A stretch of DNA of 39,184 nucleotides from Nannocystis pusilla (GCF_049337375.1 NZ_JBMPIV010000015.1), one strand, 5' to 3'. Counted from the first letter of the stretch, positions 1 through 12,297 are shown. Made by a program: numbers and translations. Notes: generated from the sequence alone by a model not told the origin.

Positions 1-115
1 CGACGAGGCCCCACTCGAGGATGTCGTCGCCCGACAGGTCGTCGTGGGCGATCTCGATCGCTCGCGTGTCGGAAGGGACGTCGAAGGCGACGAAGAAGGG
101 GTGGAGGCTGTCCAT
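1..115 (-). CDS. Hypothetical protein, 5' end only; the gene continues past the window start
   Basis: Reverse complement of 1..115 reads MDSLHPFFVAFDVPSDTRAIEIAHDDLSGDDILEWGLV... from an ATG at about 113-115. Composition is protein-like. Too short to be in the ORF track. Confidence 0.3.
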   Translation of the reverse strand, partial: MDSLHPFFVAFDVPSDTRAIEIAHDDLSGDDILEWGLV

Positions 116-298
116 CGGGACCTGTCCCTCGAGCTCCTGGACGGGTCTCGGCGGCGCGAGCGGAGGCCGCAGGCTCGAGCCGCGCGAGCGAGGCAAGGGC
201 CTGCCGGAGGCGGGTCATGGAGGCACGATCGCGCACCCGCGGGCGGCGCGGTCCGGGCCGTCGCAAGCGACCGGGGCGCTCGGGTACACTCGCGCCCG

Positions 299-1405
299 AT
301 GGCCGAGCGCGACCCCGAAACCAACGTGGCCCTCGGTGAGGGCAAGCTGACGTTCCCCTGCGAGCAGTGCGGATCGGCCCTCGAGTACGCGCCCGGCTCG
401 GACCAGCTGCGCTGCAACCACTGCGGTCACACGCAGGCGATCCAGGGCGAGCGGTCGATCCTCGAACATGACTTCGAGGACATGTTGCAGCGGATCGGCC
501 GCGCGCCGGCGTCGACGCTCGGGGGCCACAGCGTGCAGTGCGAGGGCTGCGGGGCGCAGGCGATGCTGGCCGGACAGGCGGGCCGCTGTGCGTTCTGCGG
601 GGCGCCGGTGGTGATGGACGTCAAGGAGCTCGGCGAGATCGTACCGCCCGAGTCGCTGCTGCCGTTCGGCATCGACGGACCGAAGGCGCGCGAGGCGTTC
701 CAGCAGTGGGTCCGCAAGCTATGGTTCGCGCCGAACGACCTGAAGCGGCTGGCGCAGGTCCACGGGATCGACGGGGTCTACCTGCCGTACTGGACCTACG
801 ACTCGCAGACGACGACGCGCTACAAGGGGCTGCGCGGCGATCACTACTACGTGACGGAGTCGTACACCGACGCGCAGGGCAACCGGCAGACGCGGCAGGT
901 GCAGAAGACCCGCTGGCGCCCGGCGAGCGGGACGGTGCGCGTCGGCTTCGACGACGTGCTGGTGTGCGCGTCGCAGTCGCTGCCGCGGCCGCTGATCGAG
1001 AAGCTCGAGCCGTGGGACCTCCACAACCTGCGCGGCTTCGAAGCCGGCTACCTCAGCGGGTTCATCGCCGAGCGCTACCGGATCGGGCTCGAGGACGGGT
1101 TCCAGGTCGCCGACGAGCGCATGCAGCCGGAGATCCGCTCGGCCATCCGCAGCGACATCGGCGGCGACGTGCAGCAGATCCTGTCGATGCAGGTCCGCCA
1201 CGCGGACGTGAAGTGCAAGCACGTGCTCCTGCCGCTGTGGATCTCGAGCTTCCGCTACAAGGAGAAAGTGTTCCGCTTCATCGTCAACGCCCGCACCGGC
1301 GAGGTCGCGGGCGAGCGGCCGTGGAGCGTGGCCAAGATCGTGCTGACCGTGCTGCTGGTGGCCGCGGTGATCGCGGCGATCGTCATCATCGCAAAGTCGC
1401 GCTGA
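299..1405 (+). CDS. Double zinc-ribbon protein with a C-terminal transmembrane tail anchor (hypothetical)
   Basis: In-frame ATG at 299 (MAERDPETN...) inside ORF 44..1405. There are two CxxC-x(n)-CxxC ribbons (CEQCGSALEY..CNHCGH; CEGCGAQ..CAFCGAP). The C-terminal hydrophobic helix is IVLTVLLVAAVIAAIVIIA. The upstream 44..298 part of the ORF is low-complexity Arg/Gly and overlaps the minus-strand gene start. Confidence 0.6.
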   Translation: MAERDPETNVALGEGKLTFPCEQCGSALEYAPGSDQLRCNHCGHTQAIQGERSILEHDFEDMLQRIGRAPASTLGGHSVQCEGCGAQAMLAGQAGRCAFCGAPVVMDVKELGEIVPPESLLPFGIDGPKAREAFQQWVRKLWFAPNDLKRLAQVHGIDGVYLPYWTYDSQTTTRYKGLRGDHYYVTESYTDAQGNRQTRQVQKTRWRPASGTVRVGFDDVLVCASQSLPRPLIEKLEPWDLHNLRGFEAGYLSGFIAERYRIGLEDGFQVADERMQPEIRSAIRSDIGGDVQQILSMQVRHADVKCKHVLLPLWISSFRYKEKVFRFIVNARTGEVAGERPWSVAKIVLTVLLVAAVIAAIVIIAKSR

Positions 1406-1419
1406 GGTCGGCGCCTGCG

Positions 1420-1495
1420 GGCCTGTCCGCGCGGACAGGCCCGGGGACACCTGTCCGGTGGAACATGTGCCAGTACACCTGTCCGCAAGGTCATC
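1420..1495. repeat. Palindromic array A: five 14-bp units (CCTG/CAGG/CATG cores), also readable as 28-bp direct repeats ACACCTGTCCG...
   Basis: cctgtccgcgcggacagg is a perfect 18-bp palindrome. Cores recur every 14 bp (cctg-N10-cagg-N10-cctg-N10-catg-N10-cctg-N10-catc). The array spans the convergent 3' ends of CDS 299..1405 and CDS 1491..2357. Confidence 0.6.
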
Positions 1496-2357
1496 CGTGC
1501 GGCGAGCGATACCAGGTGTCGACGAGCGGACGGATGGCCGCGAGGATGTCGTCGTGGTGCGCGCCGTGCGAGGCCACCAACCCATGGTCGTGGCCGAGCC
1601 GAAGCGGGTCGTAGATCAGTGGTTGGCCCCACAGATCGGTGATGACGCCCCCGACGGCGCGCAGCAGGGCCCACGGCGCGCAGGTGTCCCAGAGCTTGGT
1701 GCCGCTGCGTGGGTGGACATAAAGGTCGGCCTCGCCGCGGGCGATGGTGCCCACCTTCACGCCGACAGAGCCGAGCCGGAGGTTGCGCTCGGGCGGGATG
1801 CCGAGGACCCGCATGACCTCGAGGGTCTTCGGGGAGGCGTGACTCAGGCTGCTGACGAGGCGCAGCTCGGCGAGCGAGCGACCGCTGGCACGCAGCGGGA
1901 TGGCCGCGCCGCTGTCGTCGACGACGAACGCTTCGCGCCGATCGGGCGTGCAGATGCCCCACGAGAGGCGCGCCGCGCCGGCCTCGTAGACGACGCCGAG
2001 GACGGGTTCGCCGCCGATGCAGAGGCCGATCTGGATCGCCCAGCACGTCTCGCCGCGGGCGTACTCGGCGGTGCCGTCGATCGGGTCGACGTACCAGCAG
2101 CGCGAGACGTCGGCGGCTGCGGCGGCGTCGTCGGCGGACTCCTCGGCGACGACCGCGTCGCCGGGGAAGGCCGCGCGCAGCGCAGCGACCAGGCGCGCGT
2201 TGATCTCGGTGTCCGCGCGAGTGACCGGGCCGGCGTCGTCAGGCTTGTCCTGGGCCTGCATGACGTCGGCACCACCTGTCTGATAGGCCAGGGCGATGGC
2301 GCCGGCCTCGCGGGCGAGCGAGAGGACGAGTCGGAGCTCGGGGTCGAAAGTGGCCAC
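1491..2357 (-). CDS. Inositol monophosphatase / 3'(2'),5'-bisphosphate nucleotidase (CysQ/SuhB) family phosphatase
   Basis: WYVDPIDGT matches the WxxDPxDGT IMPase-family signature and an EESxD metal-site-like stretch is present. GTG start at 2357. Length is 288 aa. Confidence 0.75.
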   Translation of the reverse strand: MATFDPELRLVLSLAREAGAIALAYQTGGADVMQAQDKPDDAGPVTRADTEINARLVAALRAAFPGDAVVAEESADDAAAAADVSRCWYVDPIDGTAEYARGETCWAIQIGLCIGGEPVLGVVYEAGAARLSWGICTPDRREAFVVDDSGAAIPLRASGRSLAELRLVSSLSHASPKTLEVMRVLGIPPERNLRLGSVGVKVGTIARGEADLYVHPRSGTKLWDTCAPWALLRAVGGVITDLWGQPLIYDPLRLGHDHGLVASHGAHHDDILAAIRPLVDTWYRSPHG

Positions 2358-2517
2358 GCGGGGAACTCTTTCCGGCGCCCTCGGGCGCTCTCTGAAGGGG
2401 GTGGCGAGATCTCACTGAGGACGCGGCCGGGACCAGGTCATCAGGGAACGCCTGACATGCGGTGTAATCTTGAATAACCTGGCGACAAAACAGCGGAAAT
2501 CAGCCGTCGCCCGAGGC

Positions 2518-2533
2518 TGGCATTTTTCTCGCT
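2518..2533 (+). promoter_or_regulatory. Candidate sigma-54 (-24/-12) promoter upstream of the TetR-family gene
   Basis: TGGCATttttcTCGCT has GG and GC at the consensus spacing of TGGCAC-N5-TTGCW. It lies about 95 bp upstream of the ATG at 2629 in a locally AT-richer divergent intergenic region (2358..2628). Confidence 0.25.
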
Positions 2534-2628
2534 GAACGTCATTTTTGGGGGTTACGAACCTTGTTCCAAGTTGCGCCCCCGGGAAATCCAAGGTTCCGTC
2601 AGGCAAAAAAACCTGCTAGTCATGAGGA

Positions 2629-3240
2629 ATGTCACGTGTTCAGCGAGCAGGCCTACGACAGGGAATCATCCAAACCAGCCTCGAGATCGGGAGCGAGCGG
2701 GGTGAAGAAGGGCTGACGATGCGCGGCATCGCGGCCCGCCTCGGAGTCAGCGCCACGGCGCTCTATCAGCACTTCGAGAGTAAATCGAAGATCCTCCGCG
2801 AGATCCGGATCTACGGCGCCGAACTGCTGCAGAGCGAGGTATTGGAGCCCGCAGCCTCGACCGAGGACCCGGCGGAGCGCCTCGTCAACGCCGGCCGCAA
2901 CTATGTGCAGTTCGCCAAGTCGCACAAGTGGCTGTACTCGGTGATGATGGGTAACGAGCAGATCGATTGGTCGCAGCACAACACCGAGGAGGTGGACCTG
3001 CTGCTGCGCCCGCTCAAGACGTTCCAGGGCTGGCTGGAGGAGGGCGCGGCGCGCGGCTGCTGGCGCGGCGACGTCGACCTGTCGCTGGCCTCGTTCCGTA
3101 TCTGGATGTCGCTCCACGGGCTCTGCACGATGCTGCTGTCGGGGCGCATCAGCGAGGCGCATCCGGCGTTCCCGCGCAAGGACGAGCAGAGCTTCGTCGA
3201 CGAGTTCATCGTCTCGATGATCGCCTGTCTCAAGCCCTGA
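2629..3240 (+). CDS. TetR-family transcriptional regulator
   Basis: N-terminal HTH region (LTMRGIAARLGVSATALYQHFESK) is typical of TetR/AcrR regulators. Length is 203 aa. It is divergent from the IMPase-family gene. Confidence 0.8.
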   Translation: MSRVQRAGLRQGIIQTSLEIGSERGEEGLTMRGIAARLGVSATALYQHFESKSKILREIRIYGAELLQSEVLEPAASTEDPAERLVNAGRNYVQFAKSHKWLYSVMMGNEQIDWSQHNTEEVDLLLRPLKTFQGWLEEGAARGCWRGDVDLSLASFRIWMSLHGLCTMLLSGRISEAHPAFPRKDEQSFVDEFIVSMIACLKP

Positions 3241-3244
3241 CGGG

Positions 3245-4096
3245 CTACGCCGGCACGAAACAGGCCCCGATGCTCTCGAACCCGGGCGCGGGGCTCGGAA
3301 ACAGCGGTTCACAGAGGGAGGGCGACGCGCACTGGGCGTCGCCCTCGTTCGTGGCGCAGGTCGAGGTGCAGCAGCTGGAAGAGCCGCAATTCGGCACCAG
3401 CGCCCCCGGCATGCACACGTACGTGGGGGCGCAGCCGCGGCCGTTGAACTCGGAGCAGTTGGCGCCCTCGGTGCCCATGTCGACGTCGAGCAGCATCTCG
3501 CAGACGAATCGATCGGTGCCCTGGCGACAGCCGAGGTTGGGCGGACAGATGGCCACGAGAGGATCACAGCTGTCCGCGCAGTAGGTCGTGCCGCTGAACG
3601 GACTGGTGACGCACAGGCCCGGGTCGCAGTCGATGTCGTTGCGGCAGAGCGAGAAACAGAGGCCGGAGGTCGGATCGTCCTGCGTCGGCGAGAGGCACAC
3701 GGTGCCGGCGCCGCACGCGTCCTGTCCGCTCTCGGGCGCAGGCACGCACGGCTCGAGCGGCAGGATCGCGCTGTCGTCGGGCACGCACTTGAAGTGGTTC
3801 TGCAGGCCGCCCTCGCTGATGGCGGTGCACTTCTGTCCTTCGGGACATGCGGGAGTTCCGGACGGTTCACAGTCGTAGACCGGGTTGAGGTCCGGCGGCG
3901 GCTCGGGCGCTCCCGTGGTCGGCTGAGTGTCGCCCCCGCCGTCGGTGTCGGTGTCGCTCTCGTCGTCGCCCTGGTTGCCGGCGGTGTCGTCGTCGTCGTA
4001 GGGGACACGCTGACATGCCCCAAAGGACAGGAACGCGAGGACAGAGACGAGCCGGGCGGCGGTGACGCCGGGCCCGCGGAGCTGCGCGTCGAGCAT
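3245..4096 (-). CDS. Secreted Cys-rich lipoprotein (Asp/Thr-rich linker, then about 30 Cys)
   Basis: ATG at 4096 (MLDAQLRG...). Signal peptide with lipobox-like LSFGAC, then DDDDTAGNQGDDESDTDTDGGGD, then a Cys-rich domain. The ORF-track extension to 4936 is a repeat-driven artefact. The gene is convergent with TetR at a 4-bp gap. Confidence 0.6.
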   Translation of the reverse strand: MLDAQLRGPGVTAARLVSVLAFLSFGACQRVPYDDDDTAGNQGDDESDTDTDGGGDTQPTTGAPEPPPDLNPVYDCEPSGTPACPEGQKCTAISEGGLQNHFKCVPDDSAILPLEPCVPAPESGQDACGAGTVCLSPTQDDPTSGLCFSLCRNDIDCDPGLCVTSPFSGTTYCADSCDPLVAICPPNLGCRQGTDRFVCEMLLDVDMGTEGANCSEFNGRGCAPTYVCMPGALVPNCGSSSCCTSTCATNEGDAQCASPSLCEPLFPSPAPGFESIGACFVPA

Positions 4097-4189
4097 GGGC
4101 TCACAGTAGCAGGTGCCCGCGCGCGCGGCCCGATGCGTGCCAGCGTGAGGGCGTGGGGTCCGATCGCGGACCGGTATGGCGGTCGCGGC

Positions 4190-4365
4190 CGCGGACTGCT
4201 GTCCGGATGACGCCGCTGCAAGGGGCGCAGGTCGCGACGCAGCTCGACTCGTCGTGCGGCGGACTGTTGTCCGCGAAGCCGCTCGCCGTCGCAGCGCATG
4301 GGCTCGCCGGACTTGTGTCCGATGCGAGTGCGGCGCACGAGCTCGCCGGACTTGTGTCCGATGCG
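4190..4365. repeat. Four GGACTNNTGTCC palindromes plus a 39-bp direct duplication (gagctcgccggacttgtgtccgatgcgagYgcggcgc)
   Basis: ggactgctgtcc, ggactgttgtcc and ggacttgtgtcc x2 are seen directly. Period is 39 bp between the last two. Confidence 0.5.
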
Positions 4366-4619
4366 AGCGCGGCGCCCGAGGTCTGTTGCGGCGCTCGCCA
4401 TGCATCGGGGTTGATGGGAGCGTCGGCTTCGGGTGCAGCGCGACAGGCTGCACACGAGGTCTGCAAGTCGGGTGATGCGTGCTGCCAGCGCTTGCGCGAG
4501 GAGTTCGAGACGAGGCGCTCCCGCGATCGATCGCGCGTCGACCGAGAGCCCGAGGCGCTCGAGGCGGGCCGAGCAGGCGAGCCTCGAGCGAGAACTCGGC
4601 GCGCTCGAGCGAACGGTGT

Positions 4620-4905
4620 CGATGACGATGCGCGGCGTTCGAGTAAGTCGCCATGAGGACGATGCGCTCGAGCGCTCGAGCGTGTGGGGACGAGGACGAT
4701 GCGCTCGCGCTCGCGTGAGCGACGATGAGGACGATGCGCTCGCGCTCGAGTGAGCGACGATGAGGACGATGCGCTCGCGTTCGAGGGAGCGACGATGAGG
4801 ACGATGGCCTCGAGCTCGAGTGAGCGGCGATGAGGACGATGCGCTCGCGCTCGAGTGAGGGACGATGAGGACGAGCACTCGATCTCGAGTGGCGATGAGG
4901 GCGCT
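4620..4905. repeat. Tandem array of about 8-9 copies of a 35-bp unit GACGATGAGGACGATGCGCTCGCGCTCGAGTGAGC
   Basis: Unit starts at 4721, 4756, 4791, 4826 and 4861 give an exact 35-bp period. Degenerate copies flank them. The unit is built from GACGATG and CGCTCG sub-repeats. There are no unique spacers. Confidence 0.8.
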
Positions 4906-4959
4906 CGCTCGTGCGCTCGCGCGTGCGTCGACGCATATGCTCGCGCGGACGAGCGAGGG

Positions 4960-5140
4960 TCGACGAGGACGACGCGCTCGCGCGTCCAGGGAGCGTCGAC
5001 CAGGGCCTGCGCTCGCGCGTCCAGCGAGCGTCGGCCAGGACGATGCCTCGCGCGCCCGAGTGAGCGTCGGCCAGGACGATGCCTCGCGCGCCCGAGTGAG
5101 CGTCGGCGAGGACCAGCGCTCGCGCGTCGGCGAGCCGAGC
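4960..5140. repeat. Tandem array of about 4 copies of a 35/36-bp unit GAGCGTCGGCCAGGACGATGCCTCGCGCGCCCGAGT
   Basis: gagcgtcg anchors at about 4991, 5026, 5062 and 5098. Confidence 0.7.
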
Positions 5141-5189
5141 GCTCCGAGCGATGGCGTGAGGGCTACGGCCCTGGGCTTGCGAGCGGTCG

Positions 5190-5675
5190 CTACAGGGCCG
5201 CGGTTCGCAGGTCAGCGATGGCGGTGGCGCAGGCGTGGACGATCGTGCGGGCGTGGTCGAGGCCCTGCTGCGCCGCCTGGTTGGGGCCGCGGTGGAGCTG
5301 GACGAGGACCTCGGCGCCGGCGGAGCCGGCGGTGATGGCGACGGGGATCGCCATCAGCGCGCGGGCGGCCTCGGCGGCGCGGACTCCGAGGGGGACCTGG
5401 TTCTCGGGGCCGCTGTCGCCGAGCAGGCGCAGGTGGTCGACGTAGCTGCGGCCCCAGCGCGACTCTGCGGCCTCGAGGGCGTCAGGTGTGCCCTGGGCGT
5501 GCGCCCAGGCGACCAGGACGGCGTTGAGGGCCATCCCGGCGGCCCGGCGGGCGTGGGTGAGGGCGGTGCGGCGGACGGCGACGTGGTCGGCGCCGGCCTC
5601 GAGCTCGGTCAGCGCGGACCGCATCCAGGCGTCCGCGTCGAGGCGCCACAGCCAGTGGGCCTCGGCCTCCGTCAT
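5190..5675 (-). CDS. HEPN-like hypothetical protein
   Basis: ATG at 5675 overlaps the upstream gene's stop (ATGA). The 161-aa product has a helix VRRTALTHARRAAGMALNAVL resembling the conserved HEPN helix (R..Y.A..HA.RA.L pattern), with R-x4-H present. The N-terminal part of the ORF-track frame is low-complexity artefact. Confidence 0.45.
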   Translation of the reverse strand: MTEAEAHWLWRLDADAWMRSALTELEAGADHVAVRRTALTHARRAAGMALNAVLVAWAHAQGTPDALEAAESRWGRSYVDHLRLLGDSGPENQVPLGVRAAEAARALMAIPVAITAGSAGAEVLVQLHRGPNQAAQQGLDHARTIVHACATAIADLRTAAL

Positions 5676-6277
5676 CCCGACGAGCTCCCGGTGCTGGTGG
5701 AGCTGGTCGAGTCGGTGGTCGAGCCCGTGGTGGTCGTCGTCGAGTCGGTCGAGGTGCTCGTGGTGGACGAGTCTGTGGTGCTCGAGGTCGTGGTCGTGTC
5801 GGTCGTCGACGTAGTGGTCGTGTCCGTGGTCGACGAGGTGGTCGTCGTGTCGGTCGCGGTGCCGTCGGTCGCGGTGCCGTCGGTCGCGGTGCCGTCGGTG
5901 GTCGTGCCGGTCATCGACGAGGCGGTGGCGGAGCCGTCGGTCGGGCCGCTGGCGCTCTCGCTGAGGCTGTTGCTGCCCGGGCCGGCGATGTCGCGCTTGG
6001 ACGGGAGGTCGTCGCGGATCGGCATGTCGGGCAGGCCGGGACCGGCGGAGTCGGTGTCGACGCTCTCGGAGACGACGCACTGGCCGATGACGCCCGGCTT
6101 GAAGCAGGCGTCGCCCGACAGGATCTTCTCGCCTTCGGCGTAACACTCGAGGCCGGCGCCGCAGTCGCTGGCGCAGCGACACGGATCGCCGGCCTTGGGC
6201 CGGCAGCCCGCGAGCGCGACCAGCATGGCCAGCGCGACGCCGGAGGCGAAGGTCTGGCGCGGACGGGGCGGCGTCAC
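5672..6277 (-). CDS. Lipoprotein with a Cys-rich N-domain and Thr/Ser/Asp-rich repetitive C-terminus
   Basis: GTG start at 6277 overlaps the greA stop. Lipobox LVALAGC, then CRCASDCGAGLECY, then TDGTATDGTATDGTATDTTTTSSTTD... low-complexity repeats. Confidence 0.6.
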   Translation of the reverse strand: MTPPRPRQTFASGVALAMLVALAGCRPKAGDPCRCASDCGAGLECYAEGEKILSGDACFKPGVIGQCVVSESVDTDSAGPGLPDMPIRDDLPSKRDIAGPGSNSLSESASGPTDGSATASSMTGTTTDGTATDGTATDGTATDTTTTSSTTDTTTTSTTDTTTTSSTTDSSTTSTSTDSTTTTTGSTTDSTSSTSTGSSSG

Positions 6278-6758
6278 GAGATGGCCTTGTACTCGATGCG
6301 GACGACCTCGTACTCGCGGTCGCCCTTGGGCAGCTTGACCAGGACCTCGTCGCCGACGCGCTTGCCGAGCATCGCCCGGGCGATCGGGGCGCCGAGCGAG
6401 ATCTTGCCGTGCGTGGCGTCGGACTCGTCCTCGCCGACGATTTGGTAGACGACCTTCTGGTCGTTCTCGACGTCGAGCATCGTCACCGTGGCGCCGAAGG
6501 TGACCTTGTCTTCCTTGACGGTCTCGGGGTCGATGACCTGGGCCATGCCGATCCGCGACTCGAGGTAGCGCATGCGGCCGTCGAGCTGGGCCTGGCGCTC
6601 CTTGGCGGCGTGGTACTCGGCGTTCTCGCGCAGGTCGCCGTGGCCGAGCGCGGTCTCGATGTCACGGACGTTCTCGGGGCGATCGACTTCCTTGATCTGC
6701 TTGAGCTCGGCGCGCAGCTTGGCGTACCCGGCGGGGGTCATCGGGATCTTCTGCTCGG

Positions 6759-6762
<4 letters not shown>
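6274..6762 (-). CDS. greA: Transcription elongation factor GreA
   Basis: 162 aa with the Gre-family N-terminal coiled coil and C-terminal FKBP-like region. The ATG overlaps the carB stop (ATGA). Confidence 0.9.
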
Positions 6763-10013
<3,251 letters not shown>

Positions 10014-10019
10014 GGCTTA

Positions 10020-10745
10020 TCAGCGCTCCTTGATGTGGGTGCCGTCGAAGGTGTGGTCGTTGCCGATGGCCTTGTTGATGACGTCGCGGTGGGCGCTCAC
10101 GTCCCAGCCGAGGCGCGCGAGGCCGGTGAGGATCCGGGTGCGCAGGCGCAGCGAGTCCTCGGCGGGGTTGCCGAGGCGGGCGACCAGCGGGCCGAGCGAG
10201 CGCGGCTCGCCGATGTCGAGCAGCGCCTCGACCGCGAAGAAGCGCACGCCCTCGTCCGGGTCTTCGAGGTAGCCGGCGAGGATGTCCGGGACGCGCGCGT
10301 CGTCGATCTCCTGCAGGTGCGTGAGCAGCTGCAGCTTGGCGCTCGGGTCGCGCTCGTAGCCCGGCGGGTGGTGGGCCAGCAGCGCGTCGAGGATGTCCCA
10401 CTCCTGCTGCTTGCTCGCCAGCTCCTCGACCACCCGCAAGACCCAGGCGATGTTGTCGCTCTGGAGGCAGAACTCCTTGGCCGCCGGCAGCACGGTGTCG
10501 AGCGGGAGGCCGAGCAGGCGCTTGTACAGCCAGCCCTTCTCCTCCTCGTCCTCGATGGACTTGCTGGCGTTCATCGTGAACCGCTTCATCAGGCCGACGA
10601 TCGCCGGGATCTCGGCCATCTCCAGCAGCTGCTCCATCGCGTAGTAGCGGTCGGCCGACTGCGCGTACTGGTTCTGGACGGTCTTGATGTGCTTGTCGAG
10701 CTTGCTCTTGCTGCGACCCGCGCTGCTGAAGAGGTCCTTGAGTCC
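10020..10745 (-). CDS. HEAT-repeat protein (hypothetical)
   Basis: HEAT-like repeats (DPDEGVRFFAVEALLDIGEP). Putative GTG start at about 10745 preceded by GGGGA. The stop lies 7 bp upstream of the carB ATG. The remainder of ORF 10020..11729 is Arg-rich artefact. Confidence 0.5.
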   Translation of the reverse strand, partial: GLKDLFSSAGRSKSKLDKHIKTVQNQYAQSADRYYAMEQLLEMAEIPAIVGLMKRFTMNASKSIEDEEEKGWLYKRLLGLPLDTVLPAAKEFCLQSDNIAWVLRVVEELASKQQEWDILDALLAHHPPGYERDPSAKLQLLTHLQEIDDARVPDILAGYLEDPDEGVRFFAVEALLDIGEPRSLGPLVARLGNPAEDSLRLRTRILTGLARLGWDVSAHRDVINKAIGNDHTFDGTHIKER

Positions 10746-10996
10746 CACGATCGTCCCCGTGTCGCTGCGGGCCCGCGAGCCCGCGGTTTTTCGGCCCGGT
10801 CGGGCCGCGTAGCAAGAGCCCCGCGAGGGGGCTCCATGAGATCGGGCCAGAGGCGCCCGGGTGCAAGTGGCCCTGCGGGCCGTGAAGCAAAGTTCATGGC
10901 CCAGGGGGCCGGGAGGCAGGTGCGTGCGCCGTGAGGGCGAGGCGCCGTGAGGCAGGCCCGGCGCGTGCGGTGGGGCGGAGGCGCCGCCCCGCGGCT

Positions 10997-11386
10997 TCAG
11001 GAGGTGGTGTCGCCGGTGGTGTCGCCGCCGGTGGAAGTTGCGCCGGTCGTGGTGGTCGCGCCCGTGGCGTCGGTCGCGTCGGTCGTGCCGGCGGTGCCGT
11101 CGCTGTCGGTGCCGGTCTCGGTGGTCGTCTGCGGGGGCGGGGGCGGCGGATCGCCAGGGTTCGCGCCGGTGGCGCCGAGCTTGCACGCGCCCACGGAGTC
11201 GTCGTCGGGCGTGTCCTCGCGGTGGCAGCAGCCGTCGATGCGGCACTCGTAGCCGGCCGGACACTCGGCCGCGTCGTCGGGCTCGCAGGCGAACTGCACC
11301 GGGTCGCTGGGCGCGTTGAAGCAGGCCGACAGCGCGGCGGACCCGAACAGCAGGCCGCTCAACATGGCGTTCGCGACATGGCGCAT
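10997..11386 (-). CDS. Small secreted lipoprotein, Cys-rich then Thr/Asp/Gly-rich
   Basis: MRHVANAMLSGLLFGSAALSAC signal and lipobox, AAGGAA Shine-Dalgarno before the ATG at 11386, Cys-rich core, TTTETGTDSDGTAGTTDATDATGATTTTG tail. Confidence 0.5.
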   Translation of the reverse strand: MRHVANAMLSGLLFGSAALSACFNAPSDPVQFACEPDDAAECPAGYECRIDGCCHREDTPDDDSVGACKLGATGANPGDPPPPPPQTTTETGTDSDGTAGTTDATDATGATTTTGATSTGGDTTGDTTS

Positions 11387-11407
11387 GGGTCCTGTTCCTT
11401 CGGCCAT

Positions 11408-12130
11408 CTAGAAGCGCACCTGGAGGCCGCCGAGGCCGGCCTGCACGCGGGTGGGCCGGCGCTTGACGCGGTCGGCGATGAACAGGCCGATGGCGGCGGC
11501 CAGCACGACGCCGCCGGCGGCCAGGAAGCTGCGGGCGAGCACCGCGTCGCGGCGGCCGCGGGCGAGGATGTCGTCGTACTCGTCCTTGACGTCGGCGTAC
11601 TGCAGGGAGGCGCCGGTCTCGGGGTCGAGCTGGGCGACGAGCCGCGCGGCCTTGTCCTCCTCGGTCTCGGCCAGGCCGGCGAACACGCCGCCGGTCGAGG
11701 CGAGGGCGAAGCCGCCGAACACACACCACCAGCCGGCCCGCTGCAGCGGCGGCAGCCGCTCGGGGACGCCGTCGACCGGCTTGTCACGCAGGGCGGTGCC
11801 CTCGAGCTCGGCCTTGGCCCGCTTGGCCTCGGGGTCGCTGGTGGCGACGGTGCTGCCGAGACCTGCGCTTTGGGACACGTTGTTCGGCGGCGCCACCAGG
11901 TCGGCCTGCCCGGCCGGGGGCGGGGCGGTGACCGGCTGGGTCTGCGGGACCGGCTCCTTGGCGTCAGGCCCCGGAGCGGGGGGATCTTGCTTGCTCGCGT
12001 CCGGCGCAGGCGCGGGCTTGGACTCGGGCGCAGGCGCAGGCGCAGGCGCGCTCGGGCCCTGCGCGTGGACGGGCAGCGAGGCGCCGACGACGGCGATGCC
12101 GACGACGAGGCCGAAGGCCCGCGCGGACAT
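11408..12130 (-). CDS. Secreted Pro-rich protein with a C-terminal membrane anchor (hypothetical)
   Basis: Signal peptide MSARAFGLVVGIAVVGASLPVHAQG, PAPAPAPESKPAPAPD Pro-rich region, C-terminal TM helix GGVVLAAAIGLFIA. The internal ATG (M8) is chosen as start. Confidence 0.45.
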   Translation of the reverse strand: MSARAFGLVVGIAVVGASLPVHAQGPSAPAPAPAPESKPAPAPDASKQDPPAPGPDAKEPVPQTQPVTAPPPAGQADLVAPPNNVSQSAGLGSTVATSDPEAKRAKAELEGTALRDKPVDGVPERLPPLQRAGWWCVFGGFALASTGGVFAGLAETEEDKAARLVAQLDPETGASLQYADVKDEYDDILARGRRDAVLARSFLAAGGVVLAAAIGLFIADRVKRRPTRVQAGLGGLQVRF

Positions 12131-12297
12131 CGTGGTGAATCGTGCGCCCATCGCCGGGCGGGATTGTAGTCAGGTCGCCGGCGTGACGCTCGTGCGTTTC
12201 CGGCGCCCCTGTGCGGCCAGAACGTGTGACTTTTGCCACCGCCGCGGAAGCAGCGAACCGCGTCGGATCGGGCCGAGAGGTATCCACCATCCCTCGT

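Noticed and set aside
44-298. N-terminal 85-aa extension of the zinc-ribbon protein (ORF starting at 44)
   Set aside because: The extension is Arg/Gly-rich and overlaps the start of a divergent minus-strand gene (ATG about 113-115). The ATG at 299 precedes the conserved-looking ribbon.
2653-4936. Very long minus-strand ORFs 2653..4878 (741 aa) and the upstream extension of 3245..4936
   Set aside because: Their products are Arg/Ser/Ala/Pro low-complexity. They run antisense to the TetR gene and straight through the 35/36-bp tandem arrays, whose reverse complement simply lacks stop codons. Only the 3245..4096 portion has a signal peptide and a Cys-rich domain.
4620-5140. Possible CRISPR array (direct repeats of 35-36 bp)
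   Set aside because: Repeats are strictly head-to-tail with no unique spacers between them. No cas genes or leader are present. This is a minisatellite, not CRISPR.
10746-10996. Possible intrinsic terminators or hairpins (GGGGCGGcgcctCCGCCCC; GAGCCCCctcgcGGGGCTC) in the leader between the small lipoprotein and the HEAT gene
   Set aside because: GC hairpins without U-tracts are ubiquitous at this GC content. I cannot distinguish functional terminators from background without expression data.
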